From IMG/VR virus record IMGVR_UViG_3300021960_000024: a DNA stretch of 64,000 nt; one strand, given 5' to 3'. Each line of letters starts with the position of its first letter. Within the stretch, counting starts at the first letter, position 1. Origin of the DNA: an uncultured virus (IMG/VR IMGVR_UViG_3300021960_000024) (lineage: Duplodnaviria; Heunggongvirae; Uroviricota; Caudoviricetes). Shown here piece after piece: positions 29,544 through 38,114 of the stretch. The notes beneath the pieces are model-generated. The model was given only the letters and a program-made list of their open reading frames with translations. It was not told the origin of the DNA and did no database searches. The position numbers and the translations under genes are program-made.

Positions 29544-31591
29544 AAAAGTGGATTATATCATTATCAGTGATTTTAGTATTATGTGGATTGCGTTTTGCAG
29601 ACCCGTGGTTTTTGGACATGGTGCGACTCAAAGCACTAGACCAACACCAACGTAATCAGGAGTCTCTGACTCTCTCTAACCTTGCTACGGTAGAGATCAA
29701 TAATCAAACAATCAGAAAACTAGGTCAGTGGCCGTGGGATCGAAACAGGGTTGCAAACAAAATTATAGAACTCTATCAGGCTGGTGCCTCTATCGTGGTT
29801 GTCCCTATTCTATTTGCAGACCCAGACAGATTTGGTAAAGATGATGCACTTGCCAGAATACTCAAAAAGACTCCTACGGTTATAGGACAGATACCCAGCA
29901 ACGACAAGAGTAACACTGGTGTGGTTCGTGGTGTTGCAACTGTTGGAGAAGACTGGCAACCGTGGGTATACAGTTACCCCGGCGTGGTTGGTCCTATTCC
30001 AGAACTGGCAAAGAGTGCCAATGCGGTTGGTATGATGGTAATCGCACCAGAGAAAGATGGTGTGGTTCGTCGTATGCCTTTGGTTGTTGCAGTGGGCGGG
30101 AAGTTGTATCCATCTATCAGTATGGAAATCCTACGCATGGCTGCGGGGGATATATCGTTTCAGATGAAGACAGGTATTGCTGGTGTGGAGAAACTACGCA
30201 TACCCAAATACAAAATGATTGACACAGATGCTAATGGTAATATCTGGTTGGACTTCAAATGGAAGACACCAGTGTATGCATTACATGAGAAATTACCAGA
30301 CCTCACAGGTAAGATCGTTATACTGAGTATGACTGCTTCTGGTCTAGAAAGTCCCGTAGCAACCCCTGTGGGGGTCATACAGTCGCATAATCTTATAGGT
30401 GCATCACTTGCTACCATGATGACAGGACGCAATATAACCAGACCATTTTGGACTGACCTTGCTGAACTTGCAGTCAGTGGAGTGGGTGCATTGATCTTAG
30501 CATCAGTGGTTCTCACACTCGCATGGTATTTTGGGGCAGTATTACTACCCATTTTTCTTGTTGGATCGTTCTACGGGTCGTCCTACCTCTTTACAGAGTA
30601 CAGTTATCTAGTGGATTGGTCATATCCCGTCCTTACTATGTTTGTGGTCTGGGCCATTGCTGCGTTCTTACGGTTCATGGAAGAATATAAGGAGAAGATG
30701 GAGATCAAGAAACAGTTCGCAGGGTATGCATCACCTACAGTTGTGCGTATGCTACAGGAGAACCCTTCTCTTATTAAAGATGGTATGAAGAAGGAGATCA
30801 GCATTTGCTTCTCTGACCTTCGTGGGTTCACACCGTTGGGTGAGAGTTTTGGTGATGATGTCAAGGGTCTTACTGAAATCATGAATGGGTATATGGATGC
30901 AATCACACAACCTATTTTAGATTCAAATGGCATGGTGATCAAATATATCGGTGATGCGAGTATGCATATTCATAATGCACCTATAGATGACCCAGACCAT
31001 CCAAGGAGCGCAGTCAAAACTGGACTACAGATGTTAGATGCAGTAGTAAAGTTTAACGACAAGATCGTTGCAGAAGGTAAACCACCTATAGGAATGGGTG
31101 CGGGTATCAACACCGGCCTTGGTTATCTTGGAGAGATGGGTTCTACTATGCGACACAGCTACGATGTTCTAGGAGATGCAGTATCGACTGCTGCTAGGAT
31201 TGAGAGCAAGTGTAAGGAATATGGTTGTCTGCTGTTAGTAGGCGAATCCACATATGACTTGACTAAGAATGACTTCTTCTATCTCAAGGTTGATGAACTG
31301 GCAGTGAAGGGTAAGACCATCGGTATTCGTATCTACACCGTCCTGAGTGAAATGGATTGGATGATGAAGAATACCAATTGGGGTATGGCAGAAAACCAGC
31401 ATGAAAGAATGCACGAGTATTATAGCAATCAACAATTTGACCATGCCATTCGTCTATGCAATGATCTGATGAATGAATTTGATGGTAAAATGAGAAACTA
31501 CTATACTATGTGGATAGAAAGGTGTGAGTTCATGAAGACCCAGCCACTAGACAAAGATTGGAACGGTGTGTTCATAGCCACAACTAAATAA
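29540..31591 (+). CDS. CHASE2-domain membrane class III adenylate cyclase
   Basis: GQWPWDR, ILFADPDR, DGVVRRMP (CHASE2); three TM helices; FSDLRGFT, KYIGDA, GINTG, YDVLGDAV, VKGK. Confidence 0.92.
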   Translation: MKKWIISLSVILVLCGLRFADPWFLDMVRLKALDQHQRNQESLTLSNLATVEINNQTIRKLGQWPWDRNRVANKIIELYQAGASIVVVPILFADPDRFGKDDALARILKKTPTVIGQIPSNDKSNTGVVRGVATVGEDWQPWVYSYPGVVGPIPELAKSANAVGMMVIAPEKDGVVRRMPLVVAVGGKLYPSISMEILRMAAGDISFQMKTGIAGVEKLRIPKYKMIDTDANGNIWLDFKWKTPVYALHEKLPDLTGKIVILSMTASGLESPVATPVGVIQSHNLIGASLATMMTGRNITRPFWTDLAELAVSGVGALILASVVLTLAWYFGAVLLPIFLVGSFYGSSYLFTEYSYLVDWSYPVLTMFVVWAIAAFLRFMEEYKEKMEIKKQFAGYASPTVVRMLQENPSLIKDGMKKEISICFSDLRGFTPLGESFGDDVKGLTEIMNGYMDAITQPILDSNGMVIKYIGDASMHIHNAPIDDPDHPRSAVKTGLQMLDAVVKFNDKIVAEGKPPIGMGAGINTGLGYLGEMGSTMRHSYDVLGDAVSTAARIESKCKEYGCLLLVGESTYDLTKNDFFYLKVDELAVKGKTIGIRIYTVLSEMDWMMKNTNWGMAENQHERMHEYYSNQQFDHAIRLCNDLMNEFDGKMRNYYTMWIERCEFMKTQPLDKDWNGVFIATTK

Positions 31592-31610
31592 AAAAAATCA
31601 AAGAAATGTC

Positions 31611-31639
31611 TTGACAGGGGTCAATTTTTAGTGTATAGT
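31611..31639 (+). promoter_or_regulatory. Sigma70-like early promoter
   Basis: TTGACA-17-TATAGT. Confidence 0.7.
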
Positions 31640-31674
31640 ATGCTTGTAGATTGGTTCTAAGGAAAGATATAAAT

Positions 31675-31896
31675 ATGATTATGGATGTATACCTTCACAC
31701 AGCCCTTGCAATGGGTGTTATCGGTGCTGCATATTTTGCAGGAAATTATTTTAGGAATCCAAAGATTGAGGATGTTGTAGAATCGATGCTTGAAACTCTC
31801 GAATCAGAGGGTTATATTAAGACCAAAATGGATAAGGATGGCGACAAGGAGCTTGTTCTTATTGAAGATGTGATAAAAGACCTTGACAAATCCTAA
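31675..31896 (+). CDS. Small membrane-anchored hypothetical protein
   Basis: N-terminal hydrophobic helix; promoter upstream. Confidence 0.55.
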   Translation: MIMDVYLHTALAMGVIGAAYFAGNYFRNPKIEDVVESMLETLESEGYIKTKMDKDGDKELVLIEDVIKDLDKS

Positions 31897-31911
31897 AAAT
31901 TAGTTTATAGT
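31883..31911 (+). promoter_or_regulatory. Sigma70-like promoter (leaderless mRNA)
   Basis: TTGACA-17-TATAGT; ATG at 31918. Confidence 0.65.
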
Positions 31912-31917
31912 TATATA

Positions 31918-32295
31918 ATGAGCGGTATGCATTTATTGCCTGTGTATTATTCGACTACGAATACTCGCAAGCGCAAACAGAAAAAGAAGTCGGCCTCTGT
32001 CCTAGAGGCAGAGCGTCAACACGCAAAGTTTCTCAAGAAGATGGGTATAGGCACTCGTAGCTCAGCTGGAACAGAGCAACGGCCTTCTAAGCCGTGGGTC
32101 ACAGGTTCGAGTCCTGTCGAGTGCGCCAAATTAGAGTCCTGCAAACCTACTTACAATTCTTCTATGTCAAAGAAAGAAGAGAATGTTTATACTGGCACTG
32201 AGATTATAGGTATCGCACAGATGCACAAGTCCAATGCTGTGCCGGTACGAAACAAGAAGTCTGCTGAAGAAGTTGCAAAGATGAGGCGAGGATGA
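31918..32295 (+). CDS. Conserved basic phage protein carrying an in-frame tRNA
   Basis: C-terminal YTGTEIIGIAQMHKSNAVPV motif seen in T4-like phage proteins; frame stays open through the tRNA. Confidence 0.65.
   Translation: MSGMHLLPVYYSTTNTRKRKQKKKSASVLEAERQHAKFLKKMGIGTRSSAGTEQRPSKPWVTGSSPVECAKLESCKPTYNSSMSKKEENVYTGTEIIGIAQMHKSNAVPVRNKKSAEEVAKMRRG
32051..32128 (+). tRNA. trnR: tRNA-Arg(TCT)
   Basis: Acceptor GCACTCG/CGAGTGC, D stem GCTC/GAGC, anticodon arm ACGGC-CTTCTAA-GCCGT, T arm ACAGG-TTCGAGT-CCTGT, encoded CCA. Confidence 0.95.
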
Positions 32296-32684
32296 TCACT
32301 GAAATCTTCGATGATACTTTCAAGCTTGCACAGTCAGTAGAACCTGTTCGTGGTGCAAGGATTGCTGCGGCAGTGGTACGCAAGGGCAAGGTGGTTTCCT
32401 ATGGATACAATCATAAAAAGACACACCCCTTTCAGGCTCAATTTTGCAAGAACAATCATGCAGTGTTTTTTCATGCAGAGGTCCATGCAATCAAGAATGC
32501 ACTCAAGTCAATTGATGTAGAAGACTTGTCTAAGTGCGAACTATATATTGTAAGGGCAAAGAGAGATAAGGCGAACAGAAAATGGATTACTGGTATGTCA
32601 AAACCATGTAGTGGATGCAAAAAGTGCATTGACTTATTTGACCTAAAGAGTGTATACTATTCAAAAGAAGGAGAATTGGTGTGA
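32292..32684 (+). CDS. Zinc-dependent deaminase (CDA superfamily)
   Basis: HAEVHAI and KPCSGC. Confidence 0.8.
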   Translation: MITEIFDDTFKLAQSVEPVRGARIAAAVVRKGKVVSYGYNHKKTHPFQAQFCKNNHAVFFHAEVHAIKNALKSIDVEDLSKCELYIVRAKRDKANRKWITGMSKPCSGCKKCIDLFDLKSVYYSKEGELV

Positions 32685-32884
32685 AAGTTGAAGTGCGTAA
32701 TAATAATGTTGAAAAGGCGATGAGGATTCTAAAGAAGAAGCTCACCGAAGATGGGTTCTTTAATGAACTGCGAGAACGAGAGTTTTACACATCGAAGGGT
32801 GAGAAGAAGCGACACGAACGTGCTGCCTCTAAACGACGGCAGAAACGTAATCTTGAAAAGCGAATGGAAGAACAGGGATATTAA
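32681..32884 (+). CDS. rpsU: Ribosomal protein bS21
   Basis: VEVRNNNVEKAMRILKKK..ELREREFY. Confidence 0.9.
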   Translation: MKVEVRNNNVEKAMRILKKKLTEDGFFNELREREFYTSKGEKKRHERAASKRRQKRNLEKRMEEQGY

Positions 32885-32888
32885 TCCA

Positions 32889-33521
32889 ATGGCACGCAAG
32901 AAGAAGATCACTGCTACTACAGATAATAGTGAGTGGAAAGCACCTAAGAAACGCAAACCCCGCAAACCCATGTCTGATGAACAGAAAGCAGCTGCATCAG
33001 AACGTCTTGTAAAAGCAAGAGAAGCAAAACTTGCTAAGAACCCTGATTATGGTAAGACCAACATACATGAGAGTTTGCGTGGTCTTCCTGATGAACATCA
33101 GCTAAGTCCTGCTAGAGTTAAGAAGTGGATCAAGGTTCAGCAAGATTATGCAAAGTCTGAACGTGCTGCTGTAAGACAAAAGGTAAAGGGCGCAGACGCA
33201 AAACTTGCAGATCATGAGGGGTACATTCGCAATATGCAAAAATACCTTCGTGATGGTGTTTGGGTGGATATGTTCTACGGAGAACAGCAACAAGGTAAGA
33301 TTCGCAACAAATGTGTTGCAATGGCTTACTACTGGTATGGACCACGCAAGGGTCAACCAAAACGAGACGTAGGAACATTCTATCCTGATTTGGGATTGGT
33401 GTGGACACAAGAAATGCTTGAAGAGGAATATGGAAATGAGCGACCAAGAGACGACACCGCCGGAGAACGTGATAAAGGGACCGTGGCTCGCAAAAAGCGG
33501 AAGAAAAGTAAAGCTTCCTGA
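32889..33521 (+). CDS. Conserved basic hypothetical protein
   Basis: KPMSDEQKAAASERLVKARE; GYIRNMQKYLRDG. Confidence 0.65.
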   Translation: MARKKKITATTDNSEWKAPKKRKPRKPMSDEQKAAASERLVKAREAKLAKNPDYGKTNIHESLRGLPDEHQLSPARVKKWIKVQQDYAKSERAAVRQKVKGADAKLADHEGYIRNMQKYLRDGVWVDMFYGEQQQGKIRNKCVAMAYYWYGPRKGQPKRDVGTFYPDLGLVWTQEMLEEEYGNERPRDDTAGERDKGTVARKKRKKSKAS

Positions 33522-33852
33522 TGAGGATGTTATTGCTATGCAACAGGACAGGCAATTCGCTGAGGAACTTACTCAGAGTTTGATGGTCCAGATGATTCAC
33601 ACCATGAGTGAGAATGGTATTGATGTTGGTGCGAAATCTTTTATTCGTGACATGGCAATGGTTATTTCGATGGTGAACGGTTCAATATATAGAGATATGG
33701 AAATGGAACATATAACACAAAAGTTCATGGAAGAATATGTTGATATCAATATTAATGAAGATAATGTCTTTGAGACAGAAGTTGACTTTGAAACAATTAC
33801 TGAACTAGCAAATTTAGTAGAGGAAGATGATGATGACCCAGAAATTTCATGA
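33430..33852 (+). CDS. Acidic hypothetical protein
   Basis: NVIKGPW; RBS GAGG. Confidence 0.55.
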   Translation: MEMSDQETTPPENVIKGPWLAKSGRKVKLPDEDVIAMQQDRQFAEELTQSLMVQMIHTMSENGIDVGAKSFIRDMAMVISMVNGSIYRDMEMEHITQKFMEEYVDININEDNVFETEVDFETITELANLVEEDDDDPEIS

Positions 33853-34504
33853 ACCATTTAGTCCAGCAATTCTAGAGACTGAAGTGACAAAGCGATTTAT
33901 AAAAATCGTTAATGATGTATCTGATGATGTTCTTTCCAGTGAAGAAAAAAGTAAGAAGTGGGATTGGTCAAACCACCTTGTTGGTAAGGTGAGTAAAGAA
34001 GTTCTAATTCCTCTTACTAGTGAAGAAGACAAACAATATCTTCTCAAAACTGTAAAACAGGGATGTCTAGACTATCTGCTTCACATGATTCAGAAGGGGA
34101 GAAATAATCCTTGGACTCGAATGGACTCTGCAAACTGGAATAAAAAACCTACATTAGCTAATATTCATCTAGATCACAGTTGGGTAGTTAGTCAGTATGC
34201 TGGTGAATTCAATCCTTTTCATCACCATAACGGAGATTTCTCTGGTGGTATCTATCTCAAGGTGCCAGAAGGTATGAACGATGAATGGGCAGAAGATTTG
34301 CAAGATCACTATCCTGCAAAGGGTTTGATTGAATTTGCATATGGTGAAACACAATCTTTTAGGTGTGACAATTTGAAATTCAAACCAGAGGTTGGTAAGT
34401 TTCTAGTATTTCCATCTTGGTTGAAACATCTTGTGTATCCCTTCTCTGTAGAAGGTGAACGACGCATGATGGCCTTCAATGCAACCGTTATAAATAATAA
34501 ATAG
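33827..34504 (+). CDS. 2OG-Fe(II) oxygenase
   Basis: FNPFHHH, SGGIYLKVP, VFPSWLKHLVYPF, ERRMMAFN. Confidence 0.8.
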   Translation: MMMTQKFHEPFSPAILETEVTKRFIKIVNDVSDDVLSSEEKSKKWDWSNHLVGKVSKEVLIPLTSEEDKQYLLKTVKQGCLDYLLHMIQKGRNNPWTRMDSANWNKKPTLANIHLDHSWVVSQYAGEFNPFHHHNGDFSGGIYLKVPEGMNDEWAEDLQDHYPAKGLIEFAYGETQSFRCDNLKFKPEVGKFLVFPSWLKHLVYPFSVEGERRMMAFNATVINNK

Positions 34505-34519
34505 AACGAAAGAATAATT

Positions 34520-35365
34520 ATGGCTATTTTAGTTGATATGAACCAGATTTCAGTTGCATCCGTAATGATGCATCTGCACATGACAAAGCAGACCAAACCC
34601 GATGAGGATATGGTCCGTCATATGATCCTCAATTCTCTACGCATGTATCGCATGAGGTTTTGCGATGAGTATGGCGAATTGGTTCTATGTTATGACTCCA
34701 AGCACTACTGGCGTCGGGACTATTACCCTGAGTACAAGCACAGTCGTAAGAAGGGTAGAGAAAAATCCACAAATGATTGGGATGCCATCTTCGAAGTGCT
34801 GAACGCAGTCAAGGCAGAACTGAAAGAGTTCTTTCCCTACAAACATCTTGAGGTGTATGGTGCAGAGGCTGATGATATCATTGCTGCCCTATGTGGTGAG
34901 TTGGAGTTCGACAACGGTAAGACGTTGATCCTGTCAGGCGACAAGGATTTCATTCAGTTGCAGAAGTTCCGTAACGTGACACAATACAGCCCCATCACCA
35001 AGAAGTTTGTTAATGGTGTTGACCCAGATATCTATCTGAGTGAGCATGTTCTAAAGGGTGACAGCAGTGACGGCATTCCAAACGTGTTATCACCAGACAA
35101 TACTTTCGTGGATGGGCTGCGACAGAAACCTCTGAGCAGGAAGAAAATTCAGGCTATGGTTGAGGGAGAGTTTCCTAACGATGAGGTCAAACGAAACTTT
35201 CAAAGAAACAAGAGACTGATTGACCTCAAAGAATCACCACCTGAGTTATTTTTTGATATACTGAAAGAGTATCAAGATGCACCAGATGGTGACCGTAGCA
35301 AACTACTAAATTATTTTACACAGAAGAGGTTGAGAAACCTCGTTGAATCGATAGGAGAATTCTAA
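34520..35365 (+). CDS. rnh: RNase H / 5'-3' exonuclease (T4 rnh)
   Basis: YWRRDYYPEYK, EADDII, SGDKDFIQL, KGDSSDGIPN. Confidence 0.93.
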   Translation: MAILVDMNQISVASVMMHLHMTKQTKPDEDMVRHMILNSLRMYRMRFCDEYGELVLCYDSKHYWRRDYYPEYKHSRKKGREKSTNDWDAIFEVLNAVKAELKEFFPYKHLEVYGAEADDIIAALCGELEFDNGKTLILSGDKDFIQLQKFRNVTQYSPITKKFVNGVDPDIYLSEHVLKGDSSDGIPNVLSPDNTFVDGLRQKPLSRKKIQAMVEGEFPNDEVKRNFQRNKRLIDLKESPPELFFDILKEYQDAPDGDRSKLLNYFTQKRLRNLVESIGEF

Positions 35366-35859
35366 TGGCGATAGACACATATACACGCAGCTTTGCTGAA
35401 ATCTTGACACAGGTTTCCAAGATAAAGACAAAGAAAGAGAAAGTTCAATTTTTGAGGCAGTACCAGACTGATGCACTTCGCATGATCTGCAAGTCGTCTT
35501 TTGACCCAAAAATCGTATGGGAACTACCCGAAGGTGATGTACCATACACACCAAATGATGCACCAGAAGGAACAGAGCATACTTCATTGCAGCAAGAGGT
35601 ACGCCGACTGTATCACTTCATTAAGGGTGGTAATCCTGCTCTAAATCAGAACAAACGTGAAATGATGTTTGTCCAGATGCTTGAGGGTCTTCACAAGGAT
35701 GAGGCAGAACTATTGATTGCTGCAAAGGATAAGACCCTGCATCGTAAGTACAAGGGATTGTCTGATAATGTGGTCAAGGAAGCGTTTGATTGGGATGATG
35801 ATTATGTCCGAATCGAACAAACTCAGTATCCACAGGCAAAAGGACTTGCCGCAGGCTAA
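35365..35859 (+). CDS. Conserved T4-like hypothetical protein
   Basis: LPEGDVPY, KREMMFVQMLEGLH. Confidence 0.7.
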   Translation: MAIDTYTRSFAEILTQVSKIKTKKEKVQFLRQYQTDALRMICKSSFDPKIVWELPEGDVPYTPNDAPEGTEHTSLQQEVRRLYHFIKGGNPALNQNKREMMFVQMLEGLHKDEAELLIAAKDKTLHRKYKGLSDNVVKEAFDWDDDYVRIEQTQYPQAKGLAAG

Positions 35860-35880
35860 CTTTTTTTGAGAATCGTTTAG

Positions 35881-35938
35881 AATCAATGACTTAGCATGTA
35901 CGATTTTTGTTGACAAAGCCTGATTTTTGGTCTATACT
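35881..35938 (+). promoter_or_regulatory. Early promoter with an upstream IHF-consensus site
   Basis: AATCAATGACTTA (WATCAANNNNTTR) at 35881; TTGACA(35910)-17-TATACT. Confidence 0.65.
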
Positions 35939-35970
35939 TAGGTATAAACTGAGAAAACAAAGGAAGAGAC

Positions 35971-36321
35971 ATGAACAACGAAATGAACACCCTGATTGAG
36001 AACATCAAAGAAGATTACCTTAACTGGACCACAATCTGTGCAAACAGTGGTGGTCGAGGTGGACTCAGTGACATCAATAACACGATGATCGCTGAGTTCA
36101 ACGAGAAAATTACCTACAAGATTGGTAATAAGTACATCAAGGTATTTACCGAAGGTGGTAGCGTTTGGGGTTTTGTTGTCAATACCGACAACGACAAGAA
36201 GTTCAAGAAGGGCGACATTCTGAAAGCCGCTGGTTGGGCTGCTCCTGCTCGGAACAAAGCACGGGGAAATATCCTCGACGGTGGTTACACCATCAACTGG
36301 ACTGGCCCTCTTTATCTCTAG
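35971..36321 (+). CDS. Early hypothetical protein
   Basis: KYIKV..SVWGFV..GDILKAAGWAAPARNKARGNI. Confidence 0.7.
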   Translation: MNNEMNTLIENIKEDYLNWTTICANSGGRGGLSDINNTMIAEFNEKITYKIGNKYIKVFTEGGSVWGFVVNTDNDKKFKKGDILKAAGWAAPARNKARGNILDGGYTINWTGPLYL

Positions 36322-36331
36322 GAGATTGATT

Positions 36332-36418
36332 ATGAAGAAGATTGCAACAATCGCTATTGAAACTATGTTCATGTTAACCCTATTTGCGGCAGGGTGGTTT
36401 GCCCTCGTCGCATTTTAG
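36332..36418 (+). CDS. Small hydrophobic peptide (28 aa)
   Basis: RBS AGGAG; MKKIATIAIETMFMLTLFAAGWFALVAF. Confidence 0.5.
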   Translation: MKKIATIAIETMFMLTLFAAGWFALVAF

Positions 36419-36421
36419 GGG

Positions 36422-36450
36422 TTGACAGATTCTATTTCGTGTGTTATAGT
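36422..36450 (+). promoter_or_regulatory. Early promoter
   Basis: TTGACA-17-TATAGT. Confidence 0.7.
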
Positions 36451-36476
36451 AAGATATAATCAAGAGAGATTGAGAT

Positions 36477-36902
36477 ATGAACTACGTCAATGTCATAGGT
36501 GCTACGAAGAAGAAACGTGCTCTCGCTGAGAGTGCCGTTACCTTCTGCATCAGTGAGTTGATGCCTCGTATGCGAACCCTTGAGATTGAACTCAACATCA
36601 AGAATCTCAAGAATGAAGGTGTTGCTGGTTGGTGTTATGAAGGTGACGGTAATCGTGACTTCTACATTGACGTTGATAAAGCACTTGACGATGAGGAGTT
36701 GGTTGAGACTGTGTGTCATGAAATGGTGCATGTGTGGCAGGGTGCCACTCGCAAGATGAAAGACCTTGATGGATTTCGTAAGATGTACATGGGTAAGGTC
36801 TATGATGATACTACTGCATATGATGATGAGCCTTGGGAGATTGAGGCATACGCAATGCAGGGTGGACTATTGGAAAAATTTAAAGAGGAATATGTGATAT
36901 GA
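36477..36902 (+). CDS. HExxH zinc metallopeptidase-like protein
   Basis: TVCHEMVHVWQ...PWEIEAY. Confidence 0.75.
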   Translation: MNYVNVIGATKKKRALAESAVTFCISELMPRMRTLEIELNIKNLKNEGVAGWCYEGDGNRDFYIDVDKALDDEELVETVCHEMVHVWQGATRKMKDLDGFRKMYMGKVYDDTTAYDDEPWEIEAYAMQGGLLEKFKEEYVI

Positions 36903-37084
36903 GTAAGATGAATAACTGGATGATGGACATCGAAGATTTCTGTAATGGATATTTCTTTGATGCACCTGTTCCGAATGACTTCAGTGTTGATGAGATTGTT
37001 GAGGATGTTGGAATGTACTTCAAGAGCAACGAAGCATCTAAGTACGCCAAACAGTATCTCACTGAACAAATGGGTGAAATGTGA
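36899..37084 (+). CDS. Small hypothetical protein
   Basis: RBS GAGG; translationally coupled ORF. Confidence 0.5.
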   Translation: MSKMNNWMMDIEDFCNGYFFDAPVPNDFSVDEIVEDVGMYFKSNEASKYAKQYLTEQMGEM

Positions 37085-37590
37085 ACGGCCTTGAAGCAGC
37101 AATCATTGGATTGATGATTGCAGTCCCTCAACCAAGCACCCCGACAATTGAACCTGATAGGTCTGCCGAGTGTCTTGCACTTAACATGTATCATGAGGCA
37201 AGAGGTCAGGGTATTGCAGGAGAGCTTGCAGTTACCGCTGTCGTATTGAACCGTGTTAATGATAAGAGATACCCTAACACCATCTGTGAGGTGGTAGAAC
37301 AGGGGCCTACACGAGCATCATGGCAGAACCCCCAAGTGAGATACCCTATAAAAAATAGGTGTCAGTTCAGCTGGTTCTGTGACGGCAAGAGTGATACGCC
37401 TCGTAATAAAAAGATATATAATAGGATGTATGGTCTTGCAGGAGCAATTCTAAGTAATGAGATTTCCTTCTTAGATATCACTGGTGGTGCAACGCATTAC
37501 CATGCAGACTATGTATCGCCTGCTTGGGCAAAGACTAAAACGAAGACTGTAGAGATACAGGATCATATTTTTTATCGTTGGGAAAAATGA
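37081..37590 (+). CDS. Cell wall hydrolase (SleB/Hydrolase_2 family)
   Basis: CLALNMYHEARG, VVLNRV, CQFSWFCDG, GATHYHADYVSPAW, HIFY. Confidence 0.9.
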   Translation: MNGLEAAIIGLMIAVPQPSTPTIEPDRSAECLALNMYHEARGQGIAGELAVTAVVLNRVNDKRYPNTICEVVEQGPTRASWQNPQVRYPIKNRCQFSWFCDGKSDTPRNKKIYNRMYGLAGAILSNEISFLDITGGATHYHADYVSPAWAKTKTKTVEIQDHIFYRWEK

Positions 37591-38114
37591 GTCACTTTAG
37601 GTTTATCGAAAGAAACATTGACGTAAGTGATATCCTCGCTGATATAAAGGATGAGGATTGGGCTGTAGCAGGATCACTACAAGGTGCTTCTGGAGATACG
37701 AAACCGTATGGATTTCTACCCCTCACTATGGCTGCGGTTAAACACCCTGACGACGACCCTAAAAAGACTGAACTTCAACAGAACACTCCTATGTACTATC
37801 GTTATCCCGGTATCAGGAAATGGTTGAAGTCTTATAAACTGCACCGACATTCAAGAGCAGCGTTCTTTAGATTGAGGCCAGGCGATACACTAGGTCTGCA
37901 TGTTGATGAAGGTGACTACTATCTGACACGGGACAGGTATCATCTATCGTTGCAGGGTACATATCTGTACACGGTTGAAGATGAGTCACATCAGATTGAT
38001 CCCGGCACATTTTTCTGGTTTGACAACAAACGTCCACATATGTCATATAACAATGGTGATGTTGATAGGCTGACATTTGTGTGGGACGTTCCCAAGGGTA
38101 GGAGAAATCCATGA
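37587..38114 (+). CDS. Asp/Asn beta-hydroxylase-like 2OG-Fe(II) oxygenase
   Basis: LHVDEG, RYHLSL, WFDNKRPH. Confidence 0.75.
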   Translation: MSHFRFIERNIDVSDILADIKDEDWAVAGSLQGASGDTKPYGFLPLTMAAVKHPDDDPKKTELQQNTPMYYRYPGIRKWLKSYKLHRHSRAAFFRLRPGDTLGLHVDEGDYYLTRDRYHLSLQGTYLYTVEDESHQIDPGTFFWFDNKRPHMSYNNGDVDRLTFVWDVPKGRRNP

